A stretch of 64,000 nucleotides of DNA. Origin: Eledone cirrhosa (Eukaryota). The notes under the pieces were generated by a model that did no database searches, had not been told where the DNA came from, and saw only the letters and a program-made list of their open reading frames with translations. Both the position numbers and the translations under genes were made by a program. The stretch spans positions 295,864,001-295,928,000 of the forward strand of contig OZ024743.1 in the NCBI GenBank assembly GCA_964016885.1, read 5' to 3'. Of this stretch, positions 51,290 through 64,000 are shown piece after piece; within the stretch, counting starts at the first letter, position 1, and every line of letters starts with the position of its first letter.

Positions 51290-52720
51290 GACAGAGACAA
51301 TATTAAACACAACTCAGCAGTAGTCCCCGTTATCTTCCTCGCTAGTTTCTCGAAGGAGTGTCGATATCAACTTTTAACCGTTCTTATTATTTTCTGAAGG
51401 AAATCACTTAACGCTTTTATATCTGAGCATTTACTATTCCACAATGTCGTGTAATTTTTCAAAGAGGAAAACAAGCTTCTTGCAGTGTCTTACTGACCAA
51501 TTTCACTTATCTCTCATACCCTCAACTTATTTCAAAAGCGGGATTCGCGAATAACGAACAGCATCCTTTTTCCGTGAGGACAGGAACTGCTTAATACTGC
51601 TTTTGCTTGAAAATTATGCCATTCTAAACACTACGGCAGAGTGTTCCGACACAGATGTCATATACCTTTACTTCAGCAAAGCCTTTGACGGGGTTGAGCA
51701 AAGCATACTGCTGAACAAAACTGTCAAACATTGTATTCTGTAGAACACTATGACAGTTGGTTGAGTGTTTGCAGGAGACCAGAACTCAACATGTTTTGAT
51801 CGAAGGAGTATATTAAAGCTCAGCAAAATCGTTAGCAGTATCCAACAAGGAACTCTGTTGATCCCACTCTTCTTCGTCATCATAGACGTCATCAAGTGAA
51901 GTAAAATAAAAAAATGTTTCATATGCCTCAAAGCTTCAGAAATTAATCAGCGAAGTGGGAGATTGGAAATACTTTCAACTTGCTCTGTTCACTTTTATCC
52001 AACGGGCGAAATAAATACAATATTCTGCTATACGAGGAGAAAATTGAAATAATCCTTTTTGGAAAAGAGGATGCATGTAAGCTACCATATTCTTTTTCCT
52101 CGGAAGAAACACTCGTAGAATCCAGTAATACTAGAAACTTCAGTGTCGTTAACAGCTTAAACTAGTGTCTACATTTACAACAATGCTACGTGGCCTAGAC
52201 TCTTAGAAATATTTAAAGATATTCGTAACCTTCTCTATCGTTGCCTGCTGCCAAATTGAATACTGTTGGCTGTTGTTGGCCACCCATTCGAAACAAACTA
52301 TCATGGACATTTAGACCGTGACTACTGGGATGGACTTCAACAGCTCAAACTCTAATCTCTCATCCCCACCGTGACCGCTTCATCATTTGCATGAATATTG
52401 CGAAATGATGCTGGCAACAATTTTTTTTTTAAATCACTCAAGGCTTGAAGAAAATCACTGGACGCAAGCTATGTATCTGAAAGTTTTCTATCTTATTTCA
52501 AAATTTGGACATAACTATTTTACCTCAACTTGCCCTGCATTGTTTAACCAGAGAGCTGGGATTAGTTTCACTTACATCATAATTATTAAAATACCTAAGC
52601 ATACCAAGAAAGAGAAATACCCCTTAAAATTCAAATGGTTCATGGACAAACTCCCCTGCACCTGGTATTTTCGATAACAAGTCCTTATTCGAATAGGCCA
52701 TGATATCCAAATTAAGACTC
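51290..52720 (+). mobile_element. Old, heavily decayed CR1-group LINE (RT region)
   Basis: ttcagcaaagcctttgac (FSKAFD), caacaaggaactctg (QG motif), gaatactgt (LEYC-like); multiple stops. Confidence 0.65.
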
Positions 52721-52790
52721 TGCAAAATGGGGTTATTAGAATAGACATAGCCTGAGCCAATATTTTCCGAAATTAATCAAAATTAATATA

Positions 52791-54038
52791 CAGGGTGCGG
52801 GCGGTATTTGAGGACACGTGTATTTTTAGTCATTATTTTATTTGACTGATTTTTATTGAACTTCCATTTCAGAAAATAACAATGAAAATAACTATGCTTA
52901 CTAATGAAATGAAAAGGCATGCTGTGATTGTGGCTTTGAAGACTAAGCATTGCGATTTAAAAATTTCTGACTTTCTGAAAGTTGCAAGATCTTTTGTCCA
53001 CAAAATTCGGTGTGAGTTAGAGAAAGAAGATGGAAGCGAATTACCTGTATCAAAACGGAAAAAAACATTTCAAACACTCTGATTCTATCAGGACACCTGA
53101 ATTTATTCAGGAAGTTAAGCAAAACATTGATGACAATCCAGGAAATCCAATGTGGTCAATTGCAAAACATTTTGGTGTGTCAGAAAAAACAATCAGAAAT
53201 GTTGTGCATGAAGACATCAGATACAAATCTTACGTGATAACAAGGGGTCAATTCATATCAGAAAAAAAAACAAAAGAAAAGCGTTTAATCAGACCCAGAA
53301 GACTTTTAAACAAACTTAAAAATCCACCAGAAGATGGTGTGATTTGTTTTTTCTCAGATGAGAAAAACTTTGATCAGGACCACAAAACTAACAGAAGAAA
53401 TGACAGGTGGCTATGTGCAGACCCTTCTGAGGTTCTATGAATAGTGCACACAACATTTCCTGCAAGTGTCATGGTTTTGGGTGTTGTTAGCTATGAAGGA
53501 CACTTTTTTCCACAAGGCCTTAGGGTGAATGCTGCTGCATATGAGGTTCTGGAAAAAGTTAAGCCTTGGATCAACAGTGTATGCAATGGAAGGCCTTATA
53601 TCTTTCAACAAGATTCTGCACCATCACACAAGGCTCAAATGACACAAGAATAGATGGCCGAGAATTTGCATGATCACACCACCCCCAACATTTGGCCTCC
53701 TAATTCTCCAGGTCTCAATCCACTGGACTACTATATGTGGAGCATCGCTGAGAAAAATGTCAATGAACACCCCCATAGCATCAAAGATTCTTTGAAAGCC
53801 ACCATAAGTCGAGTCATATCCGATATGAACAAGGACCATTTAATCGGAGCTTGTAAACGATTTCGACCCCGTGTAGAGCCAGTTATTGATGCTAATGGTG
53901 GTTTTATTGGATGAAATTATTAAATTGATAATTTAGCTTTATGTTTGTTATTTTTATAAGAATACAGTTTTTTTTCTGTTATTATATAAGCGTTTGTTTT
54001 AAACCACAAATCTGTCCTCAAGTACCGTCCGCACCCTG
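52791..54038 (+). mobile_element. Full-length Tc1/mariner-superfamily transposon, DD37D (maT) family
   Basis: TIRs cagggtgcgggcggtatttgaggaca / tgtcctcaagtaccgtccgcaccctg with TA TSDs; length 1248 bp. Confidence 0.93.
52882..53914 (+). pseudogene. DD37D transposase (one frameshift, two in-frame stops)
   Basis: FSDEKNF, FQQDSAPSH, WPPNSPGLNPLDY; 37 residues between the second and third Asp. Confidence 0.9.
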
Positions 54039-54055
54039 TATCTATATGTGTGTGT

Positions 54056-54088
<33 letters not shown>

Positions 54089-54244
54089 GGAGATGTGTGT
54101 GTGCCTGTAGGGATGCCTAAGCGGGGTTAAGTAACCCGTCTCTCTCTGTAAATCTGCGTGAAAACGAAAATCTTTTATTGTTTTATACATATATTAACTC
54201 CTTTACTTCTTTACTTCTTTACTTCCCTTCTTTACTTCTCACAG

Positions 54245-54308
<64 letters not shown>

Positions 54309-54315
54309 ATCTCTC

Positions 54316-54396
<81 letters not shown>

Positions 54397-54520
54397 TCAC
54401 CTATATTTCTTTGGTAGTTTCCCTTGTTTCAATTTTCGAAATTTAGTATTTTATATCCGCTTTCGTTATTTGAGATTATCCTATCTTCAATTAGGCCTAT
54501 ATCTGACTACACTCGCTACG

Positions 54521-54584
<64 letters not shown>

Positions 54585-54614
54585 CTTTTTGCTACAATAT
54601 TTTCTATACCTTTC

Positions 54615-54649
<35 letters not shown>

Positions 54650-54717
54650 TGTGTACATTGACGTGTACACTGACTATATTCATATATACATATATATATG
54701 TAAATGTGTGCGTGTGA

Positions 54718-54857
<140 letters not shown>

Positions 54858-54973
54858 GTGTGTATGTATAAACATAAATTGATCTGCATAGGGTGGGTGT
54901 TTCGATTTTTCAATTTATTAAACAATCAATCTTGTTGTTTGTGCCTGGTATATAGTATCTATACATTCATGCA

Positions 54974-55015
<42 letters not shown>

Positions 55016-55051
55016 TGCATAAATGTATATATATATATATATACTGCATAA

Positions 55052-55148
<97 letters not shown>

Positions 55149-57511
55149 CGTGTGTGTGCTGTATATGAATGCACAACACTAACTGTATATATTAATCTCT
55201 CTATTTATCAAACTATTTACAAATTCATTTCCTCATAACTCTGCTTTTGCTTCTTTCCAAAACAATCGCGTTTGTTTGTCACTTGAGATTTTGATTTGAA
55301 TTAAAAAATAATCTACATCGACAGTCAAATATTTAGATATATATGTCGTGACATATTTTTTATTGAAATTCATTCACTTCCCAATGTTTAGATTATTTCA
55401 ATTCCTCATGAGCCTTTATTTATTTTAGATTGTTTTCTTGCTATTCTTTTCGCAATATAATATTCTTGTTTATTTACTGTTGTGTGTTGTTTAATGTTCC
55501 GACATAAAAATATCTATTTTCAATTAAAAGTTGATAAATCTATTATTTGGGTTATTGTTGGCTGCAGGTAACACTGTATTTGAAATGAAATTGTCTTTAC
55601 TGGGAATGGTAACTGGGTGGCAAATTGTGTATTTTAAAATAATCTATATTTTTGAATGGACAGAAGAGTGTTTTGATTTTTCTAAAGACCTTGAACATAG
55701 TTAAGTAGACATTGTCCGGTTCAGCTTGCATATATGTAGGTATGTGGTCACAACATGGTGACAAGTGAGTTTTAGAATTAGGCAATGCCTGTAGTACTTC
55801 ATTTCCCCCCCAGACTAAACGAAAATACAAAATCAATACTTCAGGAACATATCTGTCTGGGACATATGACGTCCGATTCTTTGTAGCGACCACTGGCAAC
55901 CTTTTTCTGTACATAAAGGGTCTTTACCTTATTTTCTTATCTATTTAGAACAACCGACTGTATTTAGGTATTTTCTGCATCTAAGCATACTACATTTTTT
56001 TTAATGAATTTTAAGTGCCTTCCAGATTAATACGATGAATGTTGCTACTATTCAGTTTTATATCTGTAGGTCAATTGTCGCAAAACCAATATGACGACGA
56101 GCAAAAATGAATTGGGAGACGAATCATACCTGTTGCTCTTCAACTCCATGTTAGCCATGATCAAACTATTTTAAGCAGTGTCCATTCCGTTTTCTTTGTT
56201 ACAGTGTATCTAAAAACACATTTTCCTCTGTGTTCCTTTCCTTTTAAGACTTTAAGTTTGTGATTTAATGGTGTAGCTATACTTTCTATAGTATCTAGGA
56301 GCAATGCATTCGCGAAATTGTCAAAGATTCAGGCGAGATGCTTTGCCATATCTGTTCTGACTTTGAGTTCACATCCTGCCTTCAATCACTGGAAAAAGTA
56401 AACGGTGGTACTTCTGTCAGGCGTTTCAACTGGTACACATTATTAGCAATGTAAGTACAAAAAAAAAACATAACCAACTTGGTTTAATCTGACAATCGGT
56501 ATTTTTCAGAGACATAGTACAGGTGACGAGCAAAGAAGAGAAGGATGGGCCTTGGTTAAAAAAACTATGTAAAGTAGTTAGCTTAGTAGAGACGAAGACG
56601 ATATACAAAAGGTTTTGATCTCTTTTTCAGTAATTGGTGAATGAGCGTCGATGTTAAATTTATAGAATATGTGGAATGAGAGGTTGTGATAGACGTTCAT
56701 TTCAGAAGGATAATTGCAACAGCGGCTTGAAAAGGAAATCAGAATCGACTTGCTAACCTAGATTATTAGGTGCTTCCTTCAACACAGCAGTTGATTAGCT
56801 GATAATTGTAAGAGAGCAGCAAGCAAAGAAAGAGTGGTGTGCCAAACGTCAAGAGAGTATAATTAATTGAACATTACAAAGACAAAGAAAGGATATAAAT
56901 ATATATAAAGAGATATATGAGAATTGATGAGAGGGCGAACGAAAGAGAGCAACAGAGAAAGGGAAATATACATAGAAAGAAACAAGAAAAGTGACTAAAA
57001 TGTACGGTGTAAAGCTGCCACTCCTTTACTTCCGGCAAGAAATCACGTTAAAAGATTTTATGTCGATGTGTTGTTTGCCTTTAAGGTTCAGATAAAGATC
57101 GATATTGACACAGCGCGAACAAAGTATAGAGAAAATCGATCGATTAATCAGATCTAGGTAATGATTAGTAAATCTGCCAAGTACAAAGCAGTGATCATTT
57201 GATTAAAGGAATCTAGGTATGACAAACGCTACCGACTTTCCTAGAACTACGTTAAGAGCTACAAGTTAAAATGAAGGAGCATATTTTACAAGCTGTGTTT
57301 GCATGGTCGACATCAGGCAGTGTATAGAAGATATATGGTAATTTACTCGATTATGCCTTCTCTGTTCAAGAGGAACAGTTTCATATAATTAATAACCGTC
57401 AGCTAAAGTTCTTTGAAACCTGCTCGAATTCTAGAGAGTGTATCTAGATAGTTGACAAATAATATATGTGTGTACGCAGAAATAGATACACACACACACA
57501 CATATATATAA

Positions 57512-57552
<41 letters not shown>

Positions 57553-58755
57553 GGAGGTGAGTTTTATTGTAGTACAATAAAGCAATGCAGATATCGGATA
57601 AGAAGCACTCTACAGTTTGTGGGACTGGAGTATGCATAATATAAGATCAAAAGATGGTTAAAGGAGTTCAATATATTTTATTATGCGCATTTCAAAAACA
57701 AACATCATCAAACAATAATATTTGTGTTTTCATCAGATAAAACAGGAGAACATGATATGAAGGCTAAAAAAACACTTGTTGATAGTGCAGTTTTAAATCA
57801 ACATATGAAAAGTGGTTTTAGATTGATGTGTGATATTGGGAAAAATATTTTATTTAGAGAGGGGGGGAGAGAAAAGGATGAAAAGGGAAGGAGATGAGAG
57901 GGAGAGATGGGTGATAGAGAGAAAGAGATAGTTTTTATAACAGAGAGGAGATATATTTTATATAGAGGGGTTGAAAACCGTTGGAAGATACTGTATAAAT
58001 TAAAAATTTTGAAAATTAACGAAGGGAGGATATGTGCGAGGAAAAAATATATTATATTTAGGGAGGGGTGGGGGTGGAAAGGATGAAAAAAAGGGAGGAG
58101 ATGAGAGTGAAGGTGGAAAGGGAGAGATGGGTGATAGAGAGAAAGAGATAGTTTTTATAACTGAGAAAAAGATATAATGTTTTAATATAGAGAGGTTGGG
58201 AACCGTTGGAAGATAATGTATAAATTAAAGGAATTTGAAAATTAACGAAGGGAAATTATGTATGGAGATAGAGAGAAAAAAATAACGAAGGGAGATTATG
58301 TATGGAGATAGAGAGAAAAAAATAATAATTGTGGGTGAATATTCAAAAGGAGAAATGTAGGAATCTTAAAATTAGCAAAGAGAAAAAGTTTATGTATAGG
58401 ATTTGAGAAAAATTTATATTGAATTCATATGTATTAATAATGAGTTCGTTGATGGGGAGAAAAAAATAATAATAATAAATTAAGGATGAAATTGAGATTA
58501 AAAAGATTTATGATAGAGAGAAAAAATAATAATGATTGCGGATGAATACTCAAAATGTCAAAAACAAATGTTATTGTTTTACGAAGAGATATAATGAGGG
58601 TGATGAGTAAACGGGTATTATAGAGTGTATAATGCCCTTTAAAGTAAGGTAAATGGGTATATTTTAAAGAATATATGAGTATATATTAAAAAAAAAAATA
58701 TATATAATAATAAATTAAGGATGAAATTGAGATTAAAAAGATTTATGATAGAGGG

Positions 58756-58790
<35 letters not shown>

Positions 58791-59219
58791 TAATGATTGC
58801 GGATGAATATTCAAAATGTCAAAAACAAATGTTATTGTTTTACGAGAAGATAGGATGAGGTAAATGAATAAACGAGTACTATAGAGTGTATAATGCCCTT
58901 TAAAGTAAGGTAGATGGGTATATTTTAAAGAGGTGTATGTATATGTGCCTTTGAGAAAAGATTCTAAATTGATAAAGAATTGAATATTAACTGTATACTT
59001 TGTGAAAAGTTCTATGGAATTTATGAAGGCAGATGGAAAACAAATCCGAGCGTCTATTTATTATGGATTCTAGGTTAGAGATAATGGTAAATTTTTCATT
59101 TAGGCAGAGATTACAGATTTTAGATAGAGAACTGTTCAAGTACGAGGATGCAGAAGAAATCTTTTTCCAAAAGATGTTATATTTAATGTTTTTGTCTTTT
59201 AAGGACCATATGAGTTCTT

Positions 59220-61547
59220 ATTGAAAAAACTGACTCCTTCGTAAGAAGACTTAGATGGACAGCCTATTTCTATGACCAGCGCCTAAAAGGGAACTTTCAT
59301 ACCAAAGAACACAACTTCCTCGATCATCTTTTTAATTCCAGACGAAATCCTCCTTCCAACAAAAATCTAGCACAATTCGAGGAAGAATTAACTAAAATTA
59401 TAAAAAATCTTAAATTCAAGAGATACCCTTACAAAGGACAAGAGCACCTTGTAAATCTCAAGAACACAATCTCTAACCTAAATTCCTCAAAAAATGTTTT
59501 AGTCCACTCTGACAAAACCAATAACCTATATGGTATTTCCAAGGATAATTATAACAACCTTATCCTAAAGGAACTTAGGAAAAAGTATCGTAAAACCAAC
59601 CATGAAAATTTAGAATGCATAAACCTTGAAGCCTATGAGATTATGTCAAAACTTGGCATTGAAAAAAAGACCGAACCATTCCTCCCAAGAACTCCGAGGA
59701 TAAATCTCAAGGATCACAAAAACAATTTTCGCACTGAACTACCTGTTAGATTAATCGCCCCCTCTAAATCTGATCTGGGGGTTGTTAGTAAAGCCATCTT
59801 GGATAGGATTATCCCACAGGTTAGTTCTAATTGCTCTTCTTTAAACCTAAATTTATGGTTTGGTACTTCTGAAGTGATTGGCTGGTTCAACAAATTGGAT
59901 AATAAAAATAAACTAAAATTTATTCAATTCGATATTGCCAGCTACTATTCCTCCATTTCGCCTTCACTTCTCAATAATGCTCTATCTTTCGCACTTAAAT
60001 ATTCTGACATCACCACAGATGAACTTCACATCATCCTCACCGCACGTAAAACCATCCTAGAGTTCAACAACGAATATTGGACCAGAGCCGATACCTCTAA
60101 CAACTTCGACATCACAATGGGAGCATCCGATTCATCCCAATTGACTGATTTAATTGGTATCTTCATTTTGAACTCTTTGAGTCGGAAAATTCCTCAACTT
60201 CGCGGTGGAATTTATCGTGACGATGGACTCTTTACTATCCTAAATTGCAATATAGTTAAACTTAATATTATTAAGAACAATATACGTAATCTCTTTAACC
60301 AACATAACCTAAAAATTGAATTTGATAATAGTACCAAACTAGCTAATTTCTTGGATGTATCTCTTAATCTTGACACTGGCCTATATTACCCTTACCATAA
60401 AAACAATGAGAATCTTAATTATGTTAACTTTAAATCTAACCATCCTACCAATATCAAGAATGCTATAGTTAATAATATTGGAAATAGAATATCTAACATA
60501 TCTTCTAATAAAAACATCTTTGATGCTAACGCCAATTACTATAATAACGCACTTTCTAAAGCTGGCTATCCAGATAAAATCAAATATAATAAAGAAACAA
60601 ATTCTAGGAAAACTTACAGTAGAATATTTAATCATAACCATTCCAATAATTTTAATAAAAGACCTAGATACAAAAACATAATCTGGTATAATGCTCCTTT
60701 CTCCATCTCTATTAATAACAATATTCCTAAATTATTTTTTAGTGCCTTAAATAAATGCTTCCCTCCCTCACATATCTATAGTAAAATATTTAACAAACAC
60801 ACCATTAAATTTTCGTATTCTACATCCTCCAATATTTCCAACATCATTTCTAAACACAACAACAAAATATTAAATACTAAATCTCTTCCTTCCAATATTG
60901 AATCTCATAATAACAATAATAGTACTCCTGACGTCATTGTAAACCCTAGGCTAACTTCTGTAAACCCAAATGCAACGTCAAACACAACTTCGCTAAATGT
61001 TCATAATCCAACTCTAAATCAAGAAACTATTATTCCTATTATTCCTATCGCAAACAACTTCTCCAATCCAATTCCTTCTATAGATAACACTAGATCACTC
61101 ATTAATAATCTCTCTAATTGCAACTGCCGCATTAAAAATAAATGTCCTCTCAACAACCATTGCCTCGATAAAAACTTAATTTATGAATGTAAAATTATAA
61201 CTAGCACCAACTCCTTCACCTATTTTGGCTCCACTTCCACCTCTTTTAAAGCTCGTCTCTATAATCATCATTCATCTTTCAAATACAAACTTAAAAGAAC
61301 TAACACTGCTCTCTCAGAACTCATATGGTCCTTAAAAGACAAAAACATTAAATATAACATCTTTTGGAAAAAGATTTCTTCTGCATCCTCGTACTTGAAC
61401 AGTTCTCTATCTAAAATCTGTAATCTCTGCCTAAATGAAAAATTTACCATTATCTCTAACCTAGAATCCATAATAAATAGACGCTCGGATTTGTTTTCCA
61501 TCTGCCTTCATAAATTCCATAGAACTTTTCACAAAGTATACAGTTAA
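59220..61547 (+). CDS. PLE reverse transcriptase - GIY-YIG endonuclease polyprotein (5'-truncated; frame open from 59220, first ATG 59643)
   Basis: Upstream in-frame IEKTDSFVRRLRW…HSDKTNNLY; FIQFDIASYYSSI, ITMGASDS, GIYRDDGL, NFLDVSL, CNCRIKNKCPL…IYEC…YFGSTSTSFKARLYNH, CNLCLNEK. Confidence 0.92.
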   Translation: MEKTDSFVRRLRWTAYFYDQRLKGNFHTKEHNFLDHLFNSRRNPPSNKNLAQFEEELTKIIKNLKFKRYPYKGQEHLVNLKNTISNLNSSKNVLVHSDKTNNLYGISKDNYNNLILKELRKKYRKTNHENLECINLEAYEIMSKLGIEKKTEPFLPRTPRINLKDHKNNFRTELPVRLIAPSKSDLGVVSKAILDRIIPQVSSNCSSLNLNLWFGTSEVIGWFNKLDNKNKLKFIQFDIASYYSSISPSLLNNALSFALKYSDITTDELHIILTARKTILEFNNEYWTRADTSNNFDITMGASDSSQLTDLIGIFILNSLSRKIPQLRGGIYRDDGLFTILNCNIVKLNIIKNNIRNLFNQHNLKIEFDNSTKLANFLDVSLNLDTGLYYPYHKNNENLNYVNFKSNHPTNIKNAIVNNIGNRISNISSNKNIFDANANYYNNALSKAGYPDKIKYNKETNSRKTYSRIFNHNHSNNFNKRPRYKNIIWYNAPFSISINNNIPKLFFSALNKCFPPSHIYSKIFNKHTIKFSYSTSSNISNIISKHNNKILNTKSLPSNIESHNNNNSTPDVIVNPRLTSVNPNATSNTTSLNVHNPTLNQETIIPIIPIANNFSNPIPSIDNTRSLINNLSNCNCRIKNKCPLNNHCLDKNLIYECKIITSTNSFTYFGSTSTSFKARLYNHHSSFKYKLKRTNTALSELIWSLKDKNIKYNIFWKKISSASSYLNSSLSKICNLCLNEKFTIISNLESIINRRSDLFSICLHKFHRTFHKVYS

Positions 61548-62780
61548 TATTCAATTCTTTATCAATTTAGAATCTTTTCTCAAAGGCACATATACATACA
61601 CCTCTTTAAAATATACCCATCTACCTTACTTTAAAGGGCATTATACACTCTATAGTACTCGTTTATTCATTTACCTCATCCTATCTTCTCGTAAAACAAT
61701 AACATTTGTTTTTGACATTTTGAATATTCATCCGCAATCATTAATATTTTTTTTTTTTTTTTTTTTTTTTCCCTCTATCATAAATCTTTTTAATCTCAAT
61801 TTCATCCTTAATTTATTATTATATATATTTTTTTTTTAATATATACTCATATATTCTTTAAAATATACCCATCTACCTTACTTTAAAGGGCATTATACAC
61901 TCTATAATACCCGTTTACTCATCACCCTCATTATATCTCTTCGTAAAACAATAACATTTGTTTTTGACATTTTGAGTATTCATCCGCAATCATTATTATT
62001 TTTTCTCTCTATCATAAATCTTTTTAATCTCAATTTCATCCTTAATTTATTATTATTATTTTTTTCTCCCCATCAACGAACTCATTATTAATACATATGA
62101 ATTCAATATAAATTTTTCTCAAATCCTATACATAAACTTTTTCTCTTTGCTAATTTTAAGATTCCTACATTTCTCCTTTTGAATATTCACCCACAATTAT
62201 TATTTTTTTCTCTCTATCTCCATACATAATCTCCCTTCGTTATTTTTTTCTCTCTATCTCCATACATAATTTCCCTTCGTTAATTTTCAAATTCCTTTAA
62301 TTTATACATTATCTTCCAACGGTTCCCAACCTCTCTATATTAAAACATTATATCTTTTTCTCAGTTATAAAAACTATCTCTTTCTCTCTATCACCCATCT
62401 CTCCCTTTCCACCTTCACTCTCATCTCCTCCCTTTTTTTCATCCTTTCCACCCCCACCCCTCCCTAAATATAATATATTTTTTCCTCGCACATATCCTCC
62501 CTTCGTTAATTTTCAAAATTTTTAATTTATACAGTATCTTCCAACGGTTTTCAACCCCTCTATATAAAATATATCTCCTCTCTGTTATAAAAACTATCTC
62601 TTTCTCTCTATCACCCATCTCTCCCTCTCATCTCCTTCCCTTTTCATCCTTTTCTCTCCCCCCCTCTCTAAATAAAATATTTTTCCCAATATCACACATC
62701 AATCTAAAACCACTTTTCATATGTTGATTTAAAACTGCACTATCAACAAGTGTTTTTTTAGCCTTCATATCATGTTCTCC

Positions 62781-62851
62781 TGTTTTATCTGATGAAAACA
62801 CAAATATTATTGTTTGATGATGTTTGTTTTTGAAATGCGCATAATAAAATA
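62781..62851 (+). ncRNA. Type-I hammerhead ribozyme (antisense copy 57674-57744)
   Basis: tgttttat-CTGATGA-aaacac…gttttt-GAAAT-GCGC-ATA-ataaaata. Confidence 0.8.
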
Positions 62852-62881
62852 TATTGAACTCCTTTAACCATCTTTTGATCT

Positions 62882-62970
<89 letters not shown>

Positions 62971-63384
62971 TAAATATATACATATATATATGTGTGTGTG
63001 TGTATACGTGTGCGTGCTTCGGCATATCGTCCTGATAATAGCTTCCAGTGATTCTCTGATTGTTTTATTTGCTCTGAATTTGCTGAAGGTAAATCACTTT
63101 CAGTTAACCACAATCTCTGAAGTTCCTCTTTTTTCTGTGTTTCCTTCTCAGGCCATGCTAGACATTTTACACAATCTATTCTTACACACCAGTAAAAACA
63201 AGCATGGCGTGAGAAGAAATTTGAAGAGAGATTTATTTGATTAAATAATCTTACACGTGTTTCATTACTGATTATATAAACATCTACGAGAGTTGCATAA
63301 TAATATATCTTCTTTTTACTCACTCGCATTATGTTTGCATTCGATCCTTCTTTAAGCATATGGGCCTGGAAATAACATTCGAAC

Positions 63385-64000
63385 AAATTATAAGTTAGCT
63401 AATTTCCTAGATATTTCCCTTGACCTCAATATTAGTCTCTATAAAATTTACCATAAAAATAATGAAAATCTAACATATGTTAGCCTATATGCTAATCATC
63501 CTTGATCCATAATTAACTCCACCATCAAAGGTGTATCTCTTAGGATTTCCAGACTATCAACCTCCATAATTAGAGGTAATGCACGTCCGGATTACAACTA
63601 TGCAGCACTGCGGAAAACTGGTTATGAGGATGGAATAGAATATATTCCTAATAAACAGTTGAGCGAGAATATCATCACCCGAAACCATGAAGAAAACACT
63701 ACGCACATACTGCCGTTACCCGGGTGGAAACATTAACCCCACGAACAAAATTTTGAGGGTTATGCCGGATGAAATAACTAATAAATCTCGAATAAACTCT
63801 CTACCTGGAAAAACACTCAGAAGTTTCCACAATAGATCATACCTATGGTATAATCCTCGACATAACAACTTAGTTAAGACTAAATTTCCCTCTACCTTCT
63901 TCAAATTATTAGATAGAAATTTTCCGCCAAAACATAGGTATCATAAAATCTTAAATCGAAACTCTGTTAGACTCTAATACTCTACTTCGACAAACTTGGA
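63385..64000 (+). mobile_element. Degraded PLE fragment (same YRDD group) running off the window end
   Basis: ANFLDISLDL…YHKNNENL…ANHP; LWYNP…FFKLLDRNFPPKHRYHKILNRNSVRL is homologous to the 59643 ORF. Confidence 0.85.

Larger units (their letters stand above)
57551..62889 (+). mobile_element. Young Penelope-like element with ~1.58-kb near-perfect inverted terminal repeat
   Basis: 57636-59218 is the reverse complement of 61316-62889 (differences seen: one substitution and the poly-A length). It has an uninterrupted ORF, a hammerhead in each arm and (TA)n flanks. Confidence 0.95.

Noticed and set aside
59033-59224. 63-aa ORF duplicated at 61268-61501
   Set aside because: Antisense reading of the PLE C-terminus inside the inverted repeat
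57636-62889. Interpretation as a DNA transposon or Polinton with long TIRs
   Set aside because: The arms include the 3' end of the RT/GIY-YIG ORF and there is no transposase or integrase; this fits an inverted PLE pLTR

Overview
AT-rich animal genomic DNA, almost certainly intronic or intergenic. It is dense in (TA)n, (CA)n and (GA)n microsatellites and made mostly of transposable elements. The recurrent tRNA-derived SINE (…ctgagttcaaatcccgccgaggt…ctttgcctttcatcc…) resembles the abundant Octopus SINE, so a cephalopod source is likely (inference). No host gene can be firmly supported. Contents: (1) a small non-autonomous LTR element with tRNA-Trp PBS and PPT; (2) at least five Penelope-like elements (PLEs; RT plus GIY-YIG), including a very young copy with an open ~775-codon frame and a ~1.58-kb near-perfect inverted terminal repeat; (3) a full-length and a truncated Tx1/L1-clade LINE sitting in (AAT)n; (4) CRE-like, R4/Dong-like, CR1-like and RTE LINE fragments; (5) a full-length DD37D (maT) transposon, a mariner-type MITE and a non-autonomous Helitron. 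The most striking hidden signal is about 18 minimal type-I hammerhead ribozyme motifs. Most have palindromic stem III and some carry a compensatory U3-A8 core. They lie in PLE terminal repeats and in non-coding, (TA)n-flanked fold-back mini-elements. All coordinates were read by eye and may be off by a few bases.
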